DNA of 44,788 bases from Acidobacteriota bacterium (GTDB lineage Bacteria > Acidobacteriota > CAIWXX01), in NCBI GenBank assembly GCA_040755995.1, contig JBFMAF010000026.1:1-44788 (forward strand), read 5' to 3'. The position numbers and the translations under genes were made by a program. The number at the start of each line of letters is the position of its first letter. Within the stretch, counting starts at the first letter, position 1. The notes under the pieces are model-generated. The model saw only the letters and a list, made by a program, of their open reading frames with translations. It had not been told where the DNA came from and ran no database searches. Shown one piece after another: positions 39,528-44,788 of this stretch.

Positions 39528-41084
39528 ATGCCGCTACTCATTGCTCAGCAGTTCCCGCTCGGGAGGTTCCACGCGACCCGCTGGAACCAGAATCCCTTCG
39601 AAGATCCGCACGGCGAGTGGCCACCCTCACCCTGGCGTTTCCTGAGAGCGTTGGCTGCTCGGTGGTTCCAGTACAGCCGTGAGACAGGCGACGCGGATAG
39701 CGCTCGGCGGGACGAGTTGCTGAAAGCCCTGGCGCGCGAAGTCCCCGCGTTCCAGATACCAGATGTGACCTCGCGCGGACCTGCCATTCGCCAGTACCAC
39801 CCTACGGGTCTTGAGCGCCGGTACAAGTACAAGAAGGATCCAAGGACGAACAGAAAGGTTCTGGACTACAACCTCAGACAGACCGTAAAGACGCTGGTGC
39901 GGGATGACGCCCGACTCCTTCCGACAGACCAAGAGATCATCTGGGCCTGGCAGTCAGTGCATCTCGCTGAACCGCTCTTGGACCTGCTCCTGCAATTGCT
40001 CCGTCGTATGATCTATTTCGGCCGGGCCGAGAGCTTCTGCCGTTTCCATGTGCTCGATCAGCCGCCTGAAAACCTGGGAACCAACTGCCACTTGACCGAC
40101 CGGGCTTGTGGGGGTGTGCCCGTGCTCGTTGCCAAACCCAACGTGGAGCTGCGATTGGACGCGCTGTTGGCGGCAACGAGTGACAAGATGAGCGAACGCG
40201 CCATTCCCCAGGGTACAGCCTGGTACTATGCGAAGCTCCCTCCCCGCCCCGGTCATGCAGTAGCAATGACGCCAGAGCCAACAGCCGGTGCCGCATCTGT
40301 GTCGATCCTTCAGTTTGCAGTCGGCGGGCGCGTTTACCCTCCGCTGTCCAAGTGGATAAGATTGACAGAGCGGTTTCGTGGCCGCGTGTTGCGAATTCGG
40401 GCACAGCAGTTGACTGGCGTGTCATCCGCAGGCTACGCGGACCTATCCGATACGCAGCGCCACGAACTGAGGCTGATCAGTGGGAAGGATTGCAGGGGCG
40501 CGGCCATCGCTGGCCACGAACATGCATTCTTCTTGCTGTGGCCCGACGCAAGCGGTTTGCCTACGCGGCTGATTTGTTGGCGAAAGACTCCGTTTCTCCA
40601 GGATGAACTCGAAGCTCTGCTCGCGGCATCTGAGTATCCCTTTTCATGGGGGTTCGGGAACTCTGATTGGCAGGTCCGCATGGTGCCTCTGCCAAACGAA
40701 ACCCCCGCACCGCGGGGTCTTTATGCAGAGGCGAAGACCTGGGTTGGCGCCACCCCGTATGTTCCCCCGGGCAATCGAAGACGCTTTCGGAAGAACGGGA
40801 GGATCCGGTCCGGCGAGACCCCTGATCGTCTCCTGCAGAAGCTCTTGGTAGCCTCGGGGTTTCCGGAACCAGGCGAGATTACGGCGGTCCAGCCGAAGTC
40901 GCAGCCTAACTGGGTTCATGTCCATGAGACACGTAGAGAACGGAGTAGCCGAGGCCTGCATCGTACCACCACTGCACTGCCAGGGTTTTATTTCCGTATC
41001 GTGTTCCCCGAGCCAGTGCGCGGGCCGATCTGCCTTGGGCACTCTTCGCATTTCGGATTGGGACTGTTCATCCCGGGTGCCTGA
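39528..41084 (+). CDS. csb2: type I-G Csb2 (Cas5-Cas6 fusion, GSU0054)
   Basis: FPLGRFHATRW, EWPPSPWRFLRAL, YFGRAES and C-terminal GPICLGHSSHFGLGLF G-rich loop. Confidence 0.92.
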   Translation: MPLLIAQQFPLGRFHATRWNQNPFEDPHGEWPPSPWRFLRALAARWFQYSRETGDADSARRDELLKALAREVPAFQIPDVTSRGPAIRQYHPTGLERRYKYKKDPRTNRKVLDYNLRQTVKTLVRDDARLLPTDQEIIWAWQSVHLAEPLLDLLLQLLRRMIYFGRAESFCRFHVLDQPPENLGTNCHLTDRACGGVPVLVAKPNVELRLDALLAATSDKMSERAIPQGTAWYYAKLPPRPGHAVAMTPEPTAGAASVSILQFAVGGRVYPPLSKWIRLTERFRGRVLRIRAQQLTGVSSAGYADLSDTQRHELRLISGKDCRGAAIAGHEHAFFLLWPDASGLPTRLICWRKTPFLQDELEALLAASEYPFSWGFGNSDWQVRMVPLPNETPAPRGLYAEAKTWVGATPYVPPGNRRRFRKNGRIRSGETPDRLLQKLLVASGFPEPGEITAVQPKSQPNWVHVHETRRERSSRGLHRTTTALPGFYFRIVFPEPVRGPICLGHSSHFGLGLFIPGA

Positions 41085-41217
41085 GCGATCCCGGGACGCT
41101 CTTTGACAACTGAATAGCACGTACGAACCCAAGGTCGGCAGGTGTCAGCGACGCCGGTCGTGCCGGTGAGATGGAACATGACGCGTTAGTGAAATGGCGG
41201 TGCAGGAGGTTGAAGGT

Positions 41218-42948
41218 ATGGTACGCGAACAGATGGATGGTGGTGAGGGCGCGAAGCGGGAAGGTGAAATACTGTTTCGTTCCCCGGCGCAGGATCTGAT
41301 CCCGGCGCGCATCCTGAACGAGTACGTGTACTGCCCGCGGCTGGCCTACCTCGAATGGGTGCAGGCGGAGTTCGAGGATTCCGCAGACACCATCGAGGGT
41401 CGGCACCAGCACCGGAGGGTGGATGCCGGTGGGCCGTTGCTCCCCGAGCCGGAAGAGGGCGAGGCGGAGAGCATTCACGCGCGATCGGTGATGCTCTCCG
41501 CCGATGACCCCGGGATCATCGCGCGAATGGACCTTGTTGAAGCGGAGGGCGCCAATGCCACACCGGTCGATTACAAACACGGGCGCAAGCCGGACCGGCC
41601 CGAGGGAGCGTGGGACACAGACCTCGTTCAGATCGCGGCGCAGGCCGTCGTGCTGCGTGCCAACGGCTACCAATGCGACAGAGGCGTCATCTACTACATC
41701 GCCTCCAAAACCAGAGTGGATGTTGAAATCGACAGCGGACTGATCGAGAAGGTCAGAGATGTCTGCCGCGATCTCAGGGAGATGGCGCGGGCTCGGGTGA
41801 TCCCTGCTCCGCTTCGAGACAGCCCGAAGTGCCCGGGCTGCTCGCTGGCCGGCATCTGCCTTCCCGACGAGACGCGATTCCTGGCGCCGGGCACACGGGA
41901 GGAGGAAGAAGAGGAGCCCAGGCGGCTCTATCCGATTCTGCCGGACGCGCTTCCGATGTATGTGCAGGAGCAGGGCGCCGTCGTGGGAAAGCGAGACGAG
42001 GCGCTCGTGGTGAAGGTCAGAGGGCAGGAAGTGGCCGAAGTGCCGTTGCTACAGATCTCCCACTTGGCGCTGTTCGGCAACGTGCAGACAACGACGCAGG
42101 CGTTGCGCGAATTGTGCAGTCGAGGCCAGGCAGTCTGCTACTTCAGTAGCGGAGGATACTTCTACGGAATCACCCACGACATCGGAAGCCGCAACGTGGA
42201 TCTGCGGCGAGCCCAGTTCCGGAAGGCAGACGACCCCGCAGTGTGCCTCGCGCTGGGCCGCAGGATTGCCTGGGCGAAGGTGCGCAACCAAAGGACGCTG
42301 CTCCGCAGGAACTCGACATCGGTCTCAGACCAGGACCTCAGAGATCTCGATCGTCTCGCGGACGCGGCCCGAGCGGCTGAGACCCCGGAGACCCTCCTCG
42401 GCTGTGAGGGCGCAGCCGCGAGAATCTATTTCGGCAACTTCGGTTCGATGTTGAAGACCGGAGACGAGACGAGCGTGGTGTTCCACTTCGACGGCCGCAA
42501 CAGGCGCCCGCCGCGCGACCCGGTCAACGCACTGCTTTCGCTCTGCTACGCCCTTCTGGCGAAGGATTGCACCGTCACTCTGCTCGCCGTCGGATTCGAT
42601 CCATACCTCGGCTTCTACCACACAGCGCACCACGGGCGGCCGTCGCTTGCTCTGGACTTGATGGAGGAGTTCAGGCCGTTGATAGCGGATTCCGTGGTGA
42701 TCACCGTGATCAACAACGGTGAGGTCGGCCCAGGCGACTTCGTTCGCGCCGGGGGCGCCGTCAGTCTGAAGCCCGCTGCGCGGAAGACCTTGATCCAGGC
42801 GTACGAACGTCGAATGGACCAGGCGATTTCGCATCCGGTCTTCGGGTATAAGGCCTCCTACCGGAAGACACTTGAAGTGCAATCCCGGCTCCTCGCGCGA
42901 TACCTTTCCGGCGAGATCTCGGAATGGCCGGCAATACTGCCCAGGTGA
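41218..42948 (+). CDS. cas1: Cas4-Cas1 fusion
   Basis: Cas4 motifs YVYCPR, DYKHG and CPGCSLAGIC; Cas1 motifs EGAAARIYF, RNRRPPRDPVNALLS and LALDLMEEFRP. Alternative start at 41194. Confidence 0.95.
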   Translation: MVREQMDGGEGAKREGEILFRSPAQDLIPARILNEYVYCPRLAYLEWVQAEFEDSADTIEGRHQHRRVDAGGPLLPEPEEGEAESIHARSVMLSADDPGIIARMDLVEAEGANATPVDYKHGRKPDRPEGAWDTDLVQIAAQAVVLRANGYQCDRGVIYYIASKTRVDVEIDSGLIEKVRDVCRDLREMARARVIPAPLRDSPKCPGCSLAGICLPDETRFLAPGTREEEEEEPRRLYPILPDALPMYVQEQGAVVGKRDEALVVKVRGQEVAEVPLLQISHLALFGNVQTTTQALRELCSRGQAVCYFSSGGYFYGITHDIGSRNVDLRRAQFRKADDPAVCLALGRRIAWAKVRNQRTLLRRNSTSVSDQDLRDLDRLADAARAAETPETLLGCEGAAARIYFGNFGSMLKTGDETSVVFHFDGRNRRPPRDPVNALLSLCYALLAKDCTVTLLAVGFDPYLGFYHTAHHGRPSLALDLMEEFRPLIADSVVITVINNGEVGPGDFVRAGGAVSLKPAARKTLIQAYERRMDQAISHPVFGYKASYRKTLEVQSRLLARYLSGEISEWPAILPR

Positions 42949-42966
42949 AGGGCTCGGAGGCAACCA

Positions 42967-43257
42967 TTGAGGAATCGGTATCTCGTCACCTACGACGTCT
43001 GCGACGACAAGCGGTTGAGACTCGTCTTCAAGAAGATGAAGGCATTCGGTCTGCACCTGCAGCTCTCGGTTTTCGAGTGCGAGCTTTCCGGGCGCGAGCT
43101 GGCCATGATGAAAGCAGGGCTCGACGCCCTGATCCACCATGACGAGGACCAGGTTCTGATCGCCGACCTCGGGCCGTCCGACGGGACGGGGCGGGACTGC
43201 ATTGAATGGCTCGGACGCCCGCTCGTCGAACTGTGCAGGAAGGCTGTGGTCTTGTGA
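42967..43257 (+). CDS. cas2: Cas2
   Basis: YLVTYDVCDDKRL...LQLSVFEC; GGAGG before TTG start. Confidence 0.95.
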   Translation: MRNRYLVTYDVCDDKRLRLVFKKMKAFGLHLQLSVFECELSGRELAMMKAGLDALIHHDEDQVLIADLGPSDGTGRDCIEWLGRPLVELCRKAVVL

Positions 43258-43435
43258 GCTATGACGCGAGAGGTTCCGTGATGAGCGAAAGCCAGGATTC
43301 GCTCGAAGCCCTTGCCCCGGCACGCGATTTGCACGACGGAGCCATTGTGGTATGGTCGTGTTCGAGGTTGAAGGGAACCACCTCTCGCATCGGTTCAGCC
43401 AACCTCAAGAGCGCAGTAAGGATTCCGGGTGAACT
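43258..43435 (+). promoter_or_regulatory. CRISPR leader
   Basis: Non-coding stretch between cas2 and repeat 1, ending GGGTGAACT. Confidence 0.7.
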
Positions 43436-44788
43436 GATTCCGCAGCATCAAAGCTGCGGCCCCATTGAAGCACTTGACGTGGAGGTGGTTGCGCTCTCGA
43501 TATTCGTGATTCCGCAGCATCAAAGCTGCGGCCCCATTGAAGCAGCAACTCTGCTTGGTACTGCTCCATCTCCTTCTGCGAGATTCCGCAGCATCAAAGC
43601 TGCGGCCCCATTGAAGCTCCTCTTCTGGGGGTGCAGTGGGCGCGGGTGCTGGCGATTCCGCAGCATCAAAGCTGCGGCCCCATTGAAGCTTGCGCAGGCA
43701 GTTCCGGACCCCCGGACCCCCTATGGATTCCGCAGCATCAAAGCTGCGGCCCCATTGAAGCGCCGTGATGGCTACGCTGGACACATTGAGAGAGTAGGAT
43801 TCCGCAGCATCAAAGCTGCGGCCCCATTGAAGCGACCAGTCCCGCAGTACTCGGCGCAGGGCGTCCAGGATTCCGCAGCATCAAAGCTGCGGCCCCATTG
43901 AAGCCGCTATCATGTGCGCCTCCTAAATGCCCGGTCTCATGATTCCGCAGCATCAAAGCTGCGGCCCCATTGAAGCCTGGTCTGGCTCGGCTCGGATGAT
44001 GTCGATGGCACGGATTCCGCAGCATCAAAGCTGCGGCCCCATTGAAGCGACGCCGCCAGCTGGCCTTCTGCCGTGATCTGTATCGATTCCGCAGCATCAA
44101 AGCTGCGGCCTCATTGAAGCTCTTCCTCCATCGTAGCAGCAGCCTTAGCAGCGGCGATTCCGCAGCATCAAAGCTGCGGCCCCATTGAAGCTTGGGTATC
44201 GCAATCAACCGCGAATCGGATTTGATGGGATTCCGCAGCATCAAAGCTGCGGCCCCATTGAAGCATTGCTGGCCCATCCCATGTTGTTAGACCGTAGTGA
44301 GATTCCGCAGCATCAAAGCTGCGGCCCCATTGAAGCGATGAGGCTCGCGCGCTCGCAGTCGTGCAGGTGCGGATTCCGCAGCATCAAAGCTGCGGCCCCA
44401 TTGAAGCATCTTCGCGAAGAAGCTGCCGCCTTCCTTCGTTGTGTGATTCCGCAGCATCAAAGCTGCGGCCCCATTGAAGCGTTGGATTCTACGAGTCGAA
44501 GGGGTGGAGGGTGGGGGCATTCCGCAGCATCAAAGCTGCGGCCCCATTGGAGTCTACCCGCCGGCGGCGATGGCGCGGACGGGAGATCTCATTCCGCAGC
44601 ATCAAAGCTGCGGCCCCATTGAAGCGTAATGGAGGCGATGGGGGAGCCTCGACCACGCTACATTCCGCAGCATCAAAGCTGCGGCCCCATTGAAGCGATA
44701 CTCCTGGCAATGGATACGACCACGGCGATCAGGATTCCGCAGCATCAAAGCTGCGGCCCCATTGAAGCGCCTTCCCGATCTGGGAACT
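43436..44788 (+). CRISPR. CRISPR array: 19 repeats of 36 bp (GATTCCGCAGCATCAAAGCTGCGGCCCCATTGAAGC), 18 full spacers of 35-38 bp, truncated by the window edge
   Basis: Repeats start at 43436, 43508, 43582, 43654, 43726, 43798, 43869, 43941, 44013, 44085, 44156, 44229, 44301, 44372, 44445, 44518, 44590, 44661 and 44733; 7-bp stem CCGCAGC/GCTGCGG; ATTGAAGC 3' end. Confidence 0.99.

Noticed and set aside
43206..44710. ORFs overlapping the CRISPR array
   Set aside because: They are translations of the repeats.
43472..44732. Self-targeting array spacers
   Set aside because: No full-length match in the window was seen by eye; this was not exhaustive and needs BLAST.

Overview
GC-rich bacterial window; gene content suggests Acidobacteriota or similar (inference). 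1-15 kb holds signalling genes: an AraC regulator, an MBL hydrolase, two Ser/Thr kinase-TPR proteins (one paired with an ECF sigma), and an ECF sigma/zf-HC2 anti-sigma/two HEAT-repeat operon. 15-27 kb holds TonB-receptor and amidohydrolase remnants, sbcDC, another ECF sigma, a DsrE/F/H-TusA-YeeE sulfur-relay operon and an aspartyl protease-PDZ gene. 27-44.8 kb holds a DUF1566/Lcl-domain protein, a ~2 kb island with a nucleotidyltransferase TA-like pair, a UPF0175 gene, a WYL regulator, a complete type I-G (I-U) cas operon and a CRISPR array of at least 19 repeats running off the edge. The most notable signal is two solitary CRISPR repeats (29412 and 30939) 12-14 kb upstream of the array, bracketing the TA pair. 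The sequence after the second repeat matches the 42-bp WYL-cas3 intergenic region at positions 1-5 and 7-11 (mismatches at 6, 12, 18). This suggests a crRNA-like RNA that guides Cascade to repress its own cas3 promoter. All calls come from manual reading; no database searches were run.
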